Origin: Trichoplax adhaerens | Lineage: Eukaryota; Animalia; Placozoa | Assembly: GCF_000150275.1 (NCBI RefSeq) | Contig: NW_002060948.1 | Span: 3,609,183 to 3,673,182, forward strand | Direction of reading: 5' to 3' | Length of the DNA stretch: 64,000 nucleotides | Shown here: in pieces, positions 15,001-27,650 of the stretch | Layout of the letters: each line of letters begins with the position of its first letter | Numbering within the stretch: position 1 is the first letter of the stretch | The notes under the pieces: model-generated | The model's database searches: none | Seen by the model: only the letters and a program-made list of their open reading frames with translations | What the model was told of the DNA's origin: nothing | Program-made: the position numbers and the translations under genes

Positions 15001-16471
15001 TATGCTATATGTATTTTGCAAGTACAATATAGACTATCGAAGCTAACTGATAAACTTATCCGTTTTTCCAACCTTCAAATAGATCTATCCGTCAAAAAAG
15101 AGCAAACCAAATAATTTGTTTCATCTGCATCTCTATTGCTATTTATCAAGTATTTAACTTTTTTGTCCAAACTTCAAATTCGAACGAACCACTTTGCAAA
15201 GCTATCGGAATCCTACTCCATTTTACCTTATTATCAGCTATAATGTGGATGACAATATTAGCTTTCCACTTCTACTTTGACTTGATTCGCGTCTATTCTG
15301 AAGTAAATCAAATTTCTAACTTCAAATTTATGCTATTTAGTTGTTCAGCTGGATTTGGTAAGTGAATCAATGGAGCCTAATGAAATCCATACCTTTGTGT
15401 TTATAGAAGCATTTAATGATGATAATAGTTGACTATACTTAGTAACCTTGTTGCGATCGCAGCTTGTTAGTCTATACTGCGACTTTCATAGAGTCTCTTA
15501 TCAATTATAATTATTGATTGAAAACTATAATAACTGTTGGTTGAGCATAGGAGATCGGCTAGTTATGAATAAAATAATAATGTAGCGTATATATAGATTT
15601 TACGAAAACGAATTTTCTTTTATAAAATTGCTTTTAAAAATTGACCACGGACTAAAAACTGTGATACTATCCTCTATTTTCCTATAGGCATTCCTGGAAC
15701 TTTGACCATGGTTGGAATAACTCTTGATAGTAGTAACGCATCAGTAATTTATCACACTGGTAGCTTGTAAGTCTCCTTAAGCTTAAATTAACTCTACAAT
15801 ATTCTAATTAACTTATATCGATCATGGAATTGAATAAACTCCATCCGAAAATGTTTCGTCGATGATTTTTTAATATCTTGTTGCCATTTTCTTTGTACAG
15901 TTGTTGGCTTACAGATGGCACTTGGGAAACAACCTTATTTCTTATGCCTGTTCTTGTCCTGTCTGGTATTAATTTGATCATCTTTCTAATAATATTTCAA
16001 TTAATTCGTCGATTATCACGAGAGCGCAATCAAGGCGTTACGTTTGCTCAAGTTATATCACTTATGGCGTTGGTTACAGCATTTGGTTTAGCATGGCTAT
16101 TCTCGGCAGTTGAATTAGCTAGCGAAGGTGAAGCCAAAGATGTTTTCGGTGGAATATTTATCGTCCTATCACAATTACAAGGTACACTACTGTTTTTCCT
16201 GTATTGTGTTGCTAAGAAAGAAGTTCGAAACAAATACTTGGAATTATTCGGTTACGGAAAAATCTCTACCTCCGCATCTGAATTTTCTGGCAAGCACACG
16301 ATTAAGACTAATATTGGATCTCAATCAGTTGCTCATACGTCGAAAATTACTGATCATAGTGTCGCCTATAATAGTTACTTTGAGTCAAGTAAAGAAATTG
16401 ACAACCCGGTACCAGCTCAACAAATTACTGCTGTACAAGACCTCGAAAGTCAAAATGCAGTCCAATTTTAA
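9074..16471 (+). CDS. Adhesion/secretin-class (7tm_2-like) GPCR with signal peptide and N-terminal SEA-like domain, 8 exons, ~500 aa
   Basis: Exons with GT-AG boundaries and consistent phases: 9074-9110, 12861-13009, 13275-13333, 14161-14323, 14566-14729, 15083-15357, 15688-15766, 15901-16471. The product begins with a signal peptide (MAKLILGIFVLVGLVYLSCG) and a SEA-like segment (MRLAILNRPWISAYGNFFSAAKKNLSRDIGESL...GKIGPFEV). It continues with TM1 (GGISLAGCILTFITYIIFR), the class-B TM3 motif CKAIGILLHFTLLSAIMWM, ECL2 FCWL, TM6 FGLAWLF and TM7 LSQLQGTLLFFLYCV..KEVR. Confidence 0.88.
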
Positions 16472-19400
16472 AATGATAGCTATAATAAGTTATGGTGTGT
16501 GTATGTCCAAATACTGTCCTGAGTGACTGCAGTTTTCATGATTGATATAAATTCGTGACGATTAAAGTCAATTCCCGATGGCGCACAATGTAGTGGTAGA
16601 TATAATAGCTCTCTGGTACTGTAACTACTCGAAAAATGGCGCTTTTAATATAATTCCTATCTTCTAATTCGATTCAATATTCTAAATAGATTCACCGCCT
16701 AACTGCGATAGTCTATCTATAGAATTATTTACAATTGAAAAATGATAACGATTCGCTATAACCTAAACTATTAAGTATATTAGCTCATCCAATATGATCC
16801 TCAAACTACTTATAATAAGTTGATTGAAATTTATGTCAGTAATAATAGAATTTTTGAAGCTTGTTTCTTCTAATATCATCGAGAACTTTCATGCTGGGCT
16901 GCTGATTTAAAAAAAAAATTTACATCATATCCGCGTAGTTCTTTATTAATAATCTTGTTATGTTATTGATGATGTAAAATATTTTTGCTCTGGATATTAT
17001 ATGATAGCGCGTATAAAGAAATCTTCGAAACGTATTTATCGATATTAAGAAACTATAAGAGCTTCCGTTTAAGCTAGCAATTCTTAATTTAGTTCAGAAG
17101 AATATCGCTCCTTTATAAATTCCGCATTAGATATATTGTAATAGAAGACTAACCTAAGTTTGCTACCAATCATACAGTAGATGATAGCTTTTGTCTTAAA
17201 GTAGTTTAAATAATATAGCGTTGATTATTGTGCTCAAACATACCTATAATATTCTACAATAATTACTTAAATATTTACGATTCAACTATCTTTGTCAATA
17301 CAAAGACAATTTTTCACTCGATGTTGCCGTGAAATGTACAAGTTATGAAACTTTGCTGCTTGACAGTCTATTTTACGTAATAATTAATTCTAAGTGAGCT
17401 TCTTTTCGCCCTTATCCCGTTTTATTATTAATGGTATGATAATAGTTACTTTATGCCATATCTGGCACTTTAATTAATATACAGTACATAACATCTACCC
17501 TATACCGTACTTCATAAGAATTATTTTTATTCTTTAGCATACCTTTTATTCATCTTAGCCAACTATACAAGTAAATTATAGAGGGAAATAAGTACTAGCA
17601 AAGCAGCTACTACTCGAAATTGTGTCATATAAGATTTTTGTTATCTTATTGACATTCTATCATTAGCATAGTTATATTTATTCCTTTCAACTAAATACTG
17701 TCAATTGTAATCAACTTCTCTATCTTGCTAGGTGTAGTAAACTATGATATATGAGTAGCTAATTTACAACTTGCTTCCGTTTAACGATCTTGTTGGTCGA
17801 ATGACTATAATAGTCACATTCCGTATTCGATCCAATGTAACTGTATATTTCCTTCTTTGATATAAGAGGTTCTATAATTTGTTTGATTTACTTTGACAAG
17901 CTTTTAACTTTGATCGCTACCTTCATTTTAATTATTATATGCTAACGTTAATATTATGCAATAAATCCTTGACTTGACTAGAAATGATCTAAAAGTTTTA
18001 GGAAATGCTGAACATTAAATATTTTCCCTACTTCATTGGTCTTATTCCTTTGAACGATATCGCTGTACATATCTTGTATGCAGTAGTACGCTTTCCTTCG
18101 TCAATTGGTTATCCACTTTATCATGCATTACTGCACTAACTATAAAAATATAATAGTATGCAGATATAATCTATGTGTATAGCAAATAACAATTTAGCAA
18201 ATTAAGGTGTTAGTAAAGATGTCATCGGCATAGTTATTGATGTAAATTTTTTCATAAGATTAAATTCTATACTTGCTTATTTGCATGCCTTATGTCATCT
18301 CAATAACATCAGAAGTGCTATTATGCGAATCAGCGAATTTGAAACACATCTAATTTGAATAACGGAAAGACTGATATTAACTAACAATCTGGCTCATGGT
18401 TTGCTGTTATTAAGGCTGTGAATTAGTTTTATCCTTTATAAAAACATAGCCTGAAGAGTATTCAGAATGCAGAAGTACTTTTAATTAAATATTGATAAAT
18501 CTCCTTTTATAACATTAACTTTAATAGATATCGAAGTATTAATTTCCCTTCAAGATAATATTGATGACTATAATAATTAGAGTTTAAAGGTTAGAGCATG
18601 CATATGGAATGATTGATACTAAAACTGCAATTTGCATGGCTAAAGTTTTATTTAATAATTGTTAATTACGAAATATTAATTGTTTCATAATGTGGATTCA
18701 CTGGTACAGTATCGAGTACAAAGTATGTTTCTCGTCACAAGTTATTACTATTGAATGCAATATCCAGTGTGCTATGGAGATATTCAATTAAGGAGAAATG
18801 TGGCTTGACTTGGACTGATTTCTTTTCTTTCCAATGTTACACCATGCTCGCCAAGAATAAATTAGAGGGATGGTCTCTCATCCAATGATGACATGATAAA
18901 TTTATGATAGCTTTGCATAATATCAATAGCCCGCCTAGTTAAATAAGTACTGCGTTATTCATAGAAGGAAGTCCATTTGTTAATCTATTCGTAATAATCA
19001 GTTCTGAGTTCTGTTTCTGGGAAAATAAGTAAATAATGAATCATGAATTTAAATTTTTGCATATTACGCTATGTATTAGTTAGTTGTATAGGTTATTAAT
19101 GAATTTTTTATTAATGCCCGTAAATCAAATGATCAGACACTAATTATATGTTACTTTTATAAATTCTGTAACAGAGATAGCTTTATTTATTCGGTTACAC
19201 AATGAATAGCTGGGACGTAGCTCACAATTTAGCAAAAGCAAGAGTGCTTTTGATAAGACAGGTACTAATATGATCGATTGAAAGCTATTATCTGCTTATG
19301 ATTTTGTCTAGAATTAACTTGGTGCAACTTAACAGAGGTTAGAGATTATATGGATTAACGGAAAAGGATACTCGACGTAGTAAGAAATTCAAGAAATTTT

Positions 19401-22166
19401 ACCGCTTATGCCATTTTAAAAATTTAATTATTCATGGGTTGAAATTTTAGGAAATTAATATCATAAATAATTAATTAATGAATAGCGATCAGTTGACAGG
19501 TTGAATAACACTTCGTTAGGCAAAATTGAATAAAATGCAATTTTTAGGAAATTTATTATAAATAATTAATGTTAGTGATAATTGGCACCCTGATTAGTGT
19601 TTCGTTAAGCCAAGTTCAAACATGGCACTCATACTGCCTCACAGGTCTCAGGATTTTAGTATGATTTTGCCCAATAATTATATATAATTGCATATGAGAC
19701 ATAAGATACAATTGATAGTGACCAAGACATTGTTAATTGTGTAGCAACTGATACATTTTATTCTACTAAGGTACAATAGCATATATTAAGGGAACGTTAT
19801 GTATTTTTGAATGACGTTTTAGCTTTACAGATGCACTTTGCTGCACCAATATTTGTTTTTATTTGCATACGCTAATGCAACTTTGCTATTATCAAAATGT
19901 TTATTAGCTTACCCCTGTACCTGACCTTGTTAGTTAAATAATACGATTTAATTTATTTATTAAAATCAATGATTCTATATAATTTAATTTCTACTGTGAT
20001 CGCGTCCATGAATTTTACGATTACTATAGGACGTTTGGATCATCAGATCTATAATTCAAGTAATTACACTATAGTTATTACTTTCCATTACTTTAGAATT
20101 ACCAACACTTAATATTAATTTTACGTTATCCATGGAAAATATTTAAATAAATTCTCCTTCTTTAATCTAATTTTCTTGACCTTTGAAGTTATCCTATTTG
20201 TATTAGTTAATGTTATGCCACTGTAAATTATAAATTGATTCATTACGATAGATTCAACCAGTAAAATTTTTGAAGTAACTTCCAAAATGTGGCCATTGAC
20301 ATAGAAAGACTTTCATAAATCTTTTCTCGTATTGGTGTTGGCATCTATAACACTTACCAAATCGTACTGATAGAATTAGAAACATGAGCTGATCACATTT
20401 GATCATAGTGTTTTCTCCACGTTTTATTTGTTCATGGAAGAATGTTCTCATGATTCAAAATAACGTCAAAATTTCTCGATTATTACGATATATTTTGTTT
20501 CGTATAAAAGAAACTACCATCAGTTGGGCCTGTAAAGATATCTATCACTTTAAGTAAGGTCTAGGTTGATGCTTAATTTATTTAAGGCGTATAAAGTTAA
20601 TCGTTCCCATCTGTAGCACTCAAAGCAAGATAGAATAAACGGCACGAGGTTAAAAAATGCAAAGTGGAAATTTCAGATCCTTACTTTAATTAATTTTATC
20701 GATTCAGTGAACGCCATAATTTATTTTTCAATAGAAAGAATTGGGTAAATTTGTATTCCGGTAAATCACTCGTTATAATTAGTTTTGTCATCATAACATG
20801 ACTGTACTATTCTCTTCTAACGACGAATTCATTATCTCTAATGATGTTTTCCTAGATTCTGGACGCTGTGAAAATCAATAAGTCTTTCAGTAATTGGTAC
20901 GGTATACATTCAATTCAATCTCTTTACTGCGGAATTTAACAATAACGCTAACAAACTAGCGTACATCTACCATGAACTAATCTCTGTTCTCTGATGAGAT
21001 TCTTTCTGTCTGCTTATCTACATCAGTGACGAATAGCAAGATAATTAATACATTTCATCGATACTCTCTTCCATTAATTACCCTCGAAATAATGTTGACG
21101 CTAAAAGCAAATAGTATTTACTTTTTGCCTTTAATATTATTATTTTATATTATCTACTTCTATGAATATTTATATTTTGTTATTGATATAATTTCTACCA
21201 TAGAACTTCCTGAGGCTACTCACCACTACGCATCATCGACGGCAACTACAATATATCTCTATGTCTAATTTCATCTTGATGACAGTGATTGCCTTCATCT
21301 ACCCGAAATGATGAAAGCATACCGATACTATATCGAATAATACTATTTTTGTAAACCGACTGGATTAGATTAGGGTTATCCAAAGAGTTAGGTGGAATTA
21401 AGAATGTCCCAATAATAACGTATGCAAGAAAATAGAAATTTTTTCTGCAAGAATAACACTTTGAAAGGAATAAAAATAGCACGTTGATATTAACAATGAT
21501 AATGCTGTATTATAAGGTTGAATAAGAATTGATCTGAACCCTTGATTTATTTATGATATTAAAATTTATGATTACGGTAAAAATTAGCCTACTAATTGTT
21601 ATTCTAACTTGCTATACATGTGATTTATTTACTTTTCTTCAATGTAGCATATTTACTAAATACCACACGGTAACATGCTGCCGTTTAGCATCTAACGTTA
21701 TTTAATATAAGTTTAATACAGTGACTTACAACGAAACAGCATCCTCTTATAATAGCACCAATCTTTTTCCGTACATAGATCATTTCTTGCAGTACGATGT
21801 AGAATTATTTTCGCTTAACCATTTGACAAAAGAAAAATTATTTTCTCCTTGGTTTAATCCATTTTTAGATTGTTAGTGAAATCTTGGCGAGATATTGATT
21901 AGCACCTGTTGTTACATCGCGAAACAACTTCAGAACTTTTGCATTAAAACTACATTATTTGGCAAAGAAACACTTTCAATACTGATAATTCGAAAGCATT
22001 AATGAATATCCATTAAAACTAACTTATATCTTGAAAAGTTGTTGAAATCGACTTTGGCTTTATCATAACTTATTTTTGGACGGAAAATAATATCTATCCA
22101 GGCTTTGATGATATCCATCTTATTAATTTATTAATTGTATCCAAAGGACTATCGTGTGATTAAAAA

Positions 22167-25100
22167 ATGCCGTTAAGTGCGTGTGAAATAGACGCGATTG
22201 ACAAGCACATAAATCATTTGACTATCAATTCATCATCACTCGATCTAGTACCATTACTCGTCGATAATCAAATTTTGACGTTACAAGATGTTGAACAAAT
22301 TCAAAAAGAAAAAGATGACAAGGCGAAGGTAACTGTTGTGTTTGATAAACTAAAAGAAAAGGATGCAGAGAAATTTTATAAATTCTGTGACCTTCTGCAA
22401 TCGTCAAATGATGAAACAGCTGCAAAATACGCTTCAATAATGTTACAAGATGCTTTGAAAGCGAACACTATTAGAGCTAGACGTTCAACTAAAAGAATTA
22501 GGAGTCGTGCCAAATCATCCAGTGGCGATGTGAAATCACTCTCTAGGTCTGTACATTTACTTTGTTCAATTCTTGTTTCATAACTATCCAATTAAAATAA
22601 TCCACTACCACTATTTTAAAATGCTCTAAAATATCATAAACTCTTCTACTGAGACTAGAACTTATGCTAAGATATGCAAAAGCCAGGACTGTAGCGTCTT
22701 TGCATGGGGAAATAATCAATCCTATCAACTAGGATCATGCCAATTTGAAAAATTGCGTGTACCAGCAATCAATAAAATATTATCGGATTATAAGCCGATA
22801 TCCATAGCTGGAGGAACGAGTAACTCCTACTTTGTTAGCTCATCTGGAAAAGTAAATCTTGTATTGGTTTAATGTGATCATTGGTTGATTGATGATAAAA
22901 ATATTCTCTATTTTAAACACAAGTATGTGAGATTGAACATCAGAAACTAGAAATTAATTCCAATGTTCTTATTCAATTTTATGGGTCGAGTAGCTTTATG
23001 AATTGGGCAAATCGATGATTACAAAGCCAGTCTTGAACGACGATTATAGTCATCATCAAAAAATATTAACAACACCACAACCAGTCTTTGGATTTTCCAA
23101 TGTATTTGTTACTCAAGTTATGGTCCATCATGATGGTGAATACGCCATGGCAATTACTTCCAATGGTCAGCTTTACACTTGGGGCTGTGGTCCATTAGGC
23201 AATAATACGTACGTACAACAGTATGTAAATGAATGGGTAAAATTGGCGTTCTATCGAGGATGATTGATTGCTATAGTCAGAATGGATCGATAGTTATTAC
23301 TTTATTTCGTTAGCAATCCTTCATAGTCTACAGATAGGAGATATTTGAGTCTAAAGAATCACTTTGATTTTTTTATTAACTGTAATTGGGATTGAATTAC
23401 TATCGATCCAATAATAATAGACGCGTAGTACTGGAAATAGTAGAATTGAGCAATAAAGGAAGGCAGTGCCAATCATAACAAAATATATTAATCGATCAAG
23501 CTATATTTTCGTTCGTGGATGATTGAATGCTACATTTGGGTTTGAGACATTGATTATTTTATTCCATTATCAGGACATGTTCAACAGCTCATCCAGTAAA
23601 AGCTTTATTAGGTAAAGAAATTATCCAAGCAAGCTGTAGTGTAACGCATTGTGCGGCAGTAACTTCTAAGGGTAAATTGTATACATGGGGAGAAGGCAAA
23701 TATGGAGGACTTGGTCATCCTGACTGCAAATGCCATATCAAGCCGAAAAAGGTGAAAGCTTTCAAGGACAAAAAAGTGAAGATGGTAGCCTGTGGTGGCA
23801 CTAATAACTACAATTTTGTAAGTCATTTTACTGTAACAACTTGCTTTTAAACTTTAGAATCGATGCAACAATCTTCTTCATGTCAACGTTACTTATAAAG
23901 TTGTCATCAACTCATTCGTCTAAAATATTCCCGAAATAGATACGTTAGCTGCAATATTCCTTGTAAAAGGTGGTTATACCTCCTTCCAGTATTGTATTTT
24001 AGCATCCTTTTAGAAATAGTATTCACTATTTCTAATTTTTATCCATGTAGTAGCATTACTTTTGAGTTTTCGATACCAAGAGAAACTTCTTTATAGCATG
24101 CTACGAGGTATCACTTGATTTCCCATTATTGAGAATATCATTGATTGTTATTATCGTCGTTATCACCGTTCTGATCAGACGTTATCGGAAATATTCACCA
24201 CTAAGATGGCACATGGACTGTTCGATGTACCGTTATATCTAGTAGTTTGATGGATGGCAGTTCAGCTACGGTTGTTATACAGTGGAACAGTTCTTCCTAT
24301 AAGGCGCCACTTGATTCAATCGTCAACGTTATAGTTATTAAATCATATCATCACTCATTATCAACAACATTCACCTCTAAGATTGATATCCAATGATACA
24401 AGGTATCGCTTGATTTCCCCTTGTTGAAGTTATCATCGATTGCTGTTATCATGGCTATCAGGAACATTTACTTCAGAGATTGTTCTTGAACATGGTTCAA
24501 TTAGAGTTGTTATATAATTAATTAATACTTGAAAAGCTCCTTCTACGATAAATCACTTAGGCAATATCCTACTAATAATACATTAATGGCTAAAAAATCC
24601 AATTAGAATATTAAAGACAGTATCATATAGTTACGGTCTGTCAAAAGTTAAAGCAGTTCTAGTTTGTTATATTAATGAAAAATAACAATAAGGCAGAATA
24701 TCACTCTACAGAAAATTTTCTGAAAATACGTCGTTTCTTGATTAAGATTAGGCACTTGCAATTTCCATATTTATGACTGTAGTGATTGATAGCGGATAGA
24801 AATATTTCCAATATCGATGGCTTTTCGGCATATTTCCATTGAAAGACTGACGTGTAAAGCAACAATTTGTAAAAGAAATTTTATAAGGAGATGCTTTACC
24901 TTCTAGACTGAAAAGTGTATATTTTCTACTTTAACTTCGCGATTATTGTGCTAGCGTAATTGATCAAATGCTTCCTTTACTGACAATTTCTAAGAATGTA
25001 TTCAACTTTAAGGATTTCTAAGTATCTTATTTTGATTTAGCAATTTCTGATACTAAATATATTCGGCCGACGATCTTCTATTTTTTGTAATAGACGGTAG

Positions 25101-25874
25101 CAATTACTACAGATGGCCAAGTCTGGACTTGGGGAGACTGTAAATGTGGTAAACTGGGTCGCGATAATGGTCAGTCGACCCATCTTCCAGCCGCCCTCGA
25201 TTCATTGAACGATAAAAATATCGTTAAAGTTTCATGTAGCTGTGAATGTACCCTTGCATTGAGCAACGATGGAGAATTATTTGCCTGGTAAATCGATATG
25301 CTTACTATATTCAAGTTAAAATACAGTAATAGCATGTAGTTATTTTTTTCGTAATATGTCCATCATTATTTTGTAATGATACAGTGTATGTAGCTTTTGA
25401 TGCTATCGATATTTATCTTCATCATCATGACCAAAGATATCGCCGTCTAAACATAATATATAGTAACATTCTCGTGCATTAAGTAATATTAATTATTATA
25501 TGTACAGAACTCGTCTGGTCTGTAGTTTACCATTTTAATATTCGTCGTATTTATTGCCATTTGATATTAGGGGCTACGGTGATTTCCTTCATCCAGGCTT
25601 CTTTAGAGACGATATCATTCCTTTCCCATATAAAGTGGAAATGTTTAATGATATTAAAGTAGCAGATTTCGCAGTTGGCAGTAGCAACGGCATCATTTGC
25701 ACAAAGGATGGTAAAGTTTATACTTGGGGTTACAACGATTATGGACAATTAGGTAATGGATTTCGGCAAGATTCTTTATCTCAGTTATGTCCTGTTACCG
25801 CTTTGCAGTATTTTAAACTCGATCGTGTGGCATGTGGCTTTTCTCATGTATTTGCTTGGCAACTAAAAGCATAA
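22167..25874 (+). CDS. CARD (death-fold) + RCC1-like repeat (RLD) protein, paralog A, 6 exons
   Basis: Exons 22167-22546, 22659-22851, 22994-23220, 23574-23817, 25094-25287, 25571-25874 (intron phases 2,0,2,0,2). Exon 1 is CARD-like (LVPLLVDNQILTLQDVEQI...VFDKLKEKDAEKFYKFCDLLQ). Exons 2-6 give RCC1 blades: VFAWGNNQSYQLG, GQLYTWG, GKLYTWGEGKYGGLGH, GQVWTWGDCKCGKLGR, GKVYTWGYNDYGQLG, VACGFSHVFAW. Confidence 0.85.
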
Positions 25875-27650
25875 ATGATGGGATCGCATTTAATAACTGT
25901 CATTACGTATTTTTAATTAAAAAACCAACGTCTAACAATAAATTACTGATATTGAATAAAGCTGTACCAAGTCAATTTAAAACTTGGATTAATAATGAAT
26001 ATTATTTCTACCTTCTGAAAAATCAAGGCTTTATCTAATTTAAATCAGCTCGAATGTTATTGCATTTAATAAGGATAAATTGATAATTGCAATCAATAGC
26101 AGATACAAAACCAAGTCATTTGGGATCATGATAAGCAGCTGAATTTTACCTACATAAGGAAATAATACATAACTCATCAATTTACCCTGAATATTTAACT
26201 TAACTGTACCTGCTATACCATCCTTGTAAATAGAGTATGATTATGAATTACTTTTGCATGGCAGTTATAGACTCGTACACTCTATATAGTATGTTAAACC
26301 ATTGCTTAGTAAAATTAGTATTATCTCAGAATTTACTAATGCTCTAATGTATTATATTTGCTGATGGCAGTTAAACGATAATAAAGCGACTATTATAGAT
26401 AATAAATGGAACTATCGTCGAATGTAAGATTTCCGATTTCATTCATCAACTTCGGCTTGCAAGTATAACGAATATTGTGCTATAAGAAGATAGAATGGGA
26501 GCAAATATCGGTTAATCCTTAAGCATTAAAAAATGATTTTTATCTATCGGATTGATAGAAACCGTTTAACTAATTATAATTATATTTAACTTCTGGTGAA
26601 ATGAAGGTATCAGCGGCATATTTACGTATACTGTTCAGTATCTTACAGAAATGAGATATCTATCAATGAAATTCACGGTAACTTTTTGTATTTGTATGCA
26701 ATAACGTACTATTATTTTACTGAAGATGTCATAGATCCCGAGGTAAATATTTATAAGCCTTTTAACAACTTCTAATAATATCAGTAAATCATAAACTAAC
26801 AAGCTGTACGTGGAATCGAACATTCCTACAACAACTCGGCTTCCCTAATCAAAATGAGAATGAAGCCTACCATCGATACGCAATTAAATTAACATATATT
26901 TACTTAAATACATCTAGGGCCATTAAATACTATGAGATAGCTATGTGCTACTGTATAGAAATAATGTTTAACTACAGATAATACTCAACATTAGTAGCCC
27001 ATGTGCATTTCAGTAACCAGAATGACATCACTAGTTTTATGTAATAGTTTAATACCTGTATTGTAATTAATTTCCTGACACTATCCGTATTTCTCTATAT
27101 ATAACGTATAAGTAATATCGACAAAACATCGATGTAAATGGAGGAAAACTCATTCGGTAATGAATCGATAGTCATCTAATATTTATCATAACAATTAACT
27201 ACTTATACAACGATATGAGAGAATAATCATCGAAAAAGGTCTTATTACATCAAGCCAATTGTACTTCTATAGGATAAAAAATTAAATTAGCTCAAATATC
27301 ATGATACTGTTAAATCCTCATCCTGTTGAAATGAATGGCGAGATTGTATCTCATATTAATATAGTATTTTATTTAAAAAATATATAAAAATAGCACCTAA
27401 TTTTATTAGGAAGGATAAATAAGTCTTCACTAAGTTATAATATTCAGACAGAACTGACATAATATTAACCATCGAAAATCTATAGCAAAGCAAGATTGAC
27501 TCGAAAAACTATTAAGTACTCGTAGTCCAATGGAAATAACGGAAATGTTGACGATATTAGCTTATCATTTCGATTTGAAGATTAAAAATTATTGGTGAAA
27601 GAAGGAACAACAATTGGGATAGTGATTTGTAGCTTCTATTAATTGATCTT

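Noticed and set aside
20254-21482. Short ORFs and exon-like segments upstream of CARD-RCC1 paralog A
   Set aside because: No motifs; at most 5' UTR exons.
24100-24460. Weak ~60-bp duplication inside intron 4 of CARD-RCC1 paralog A
   Set aside because: Too degenerate and short to define as an element.
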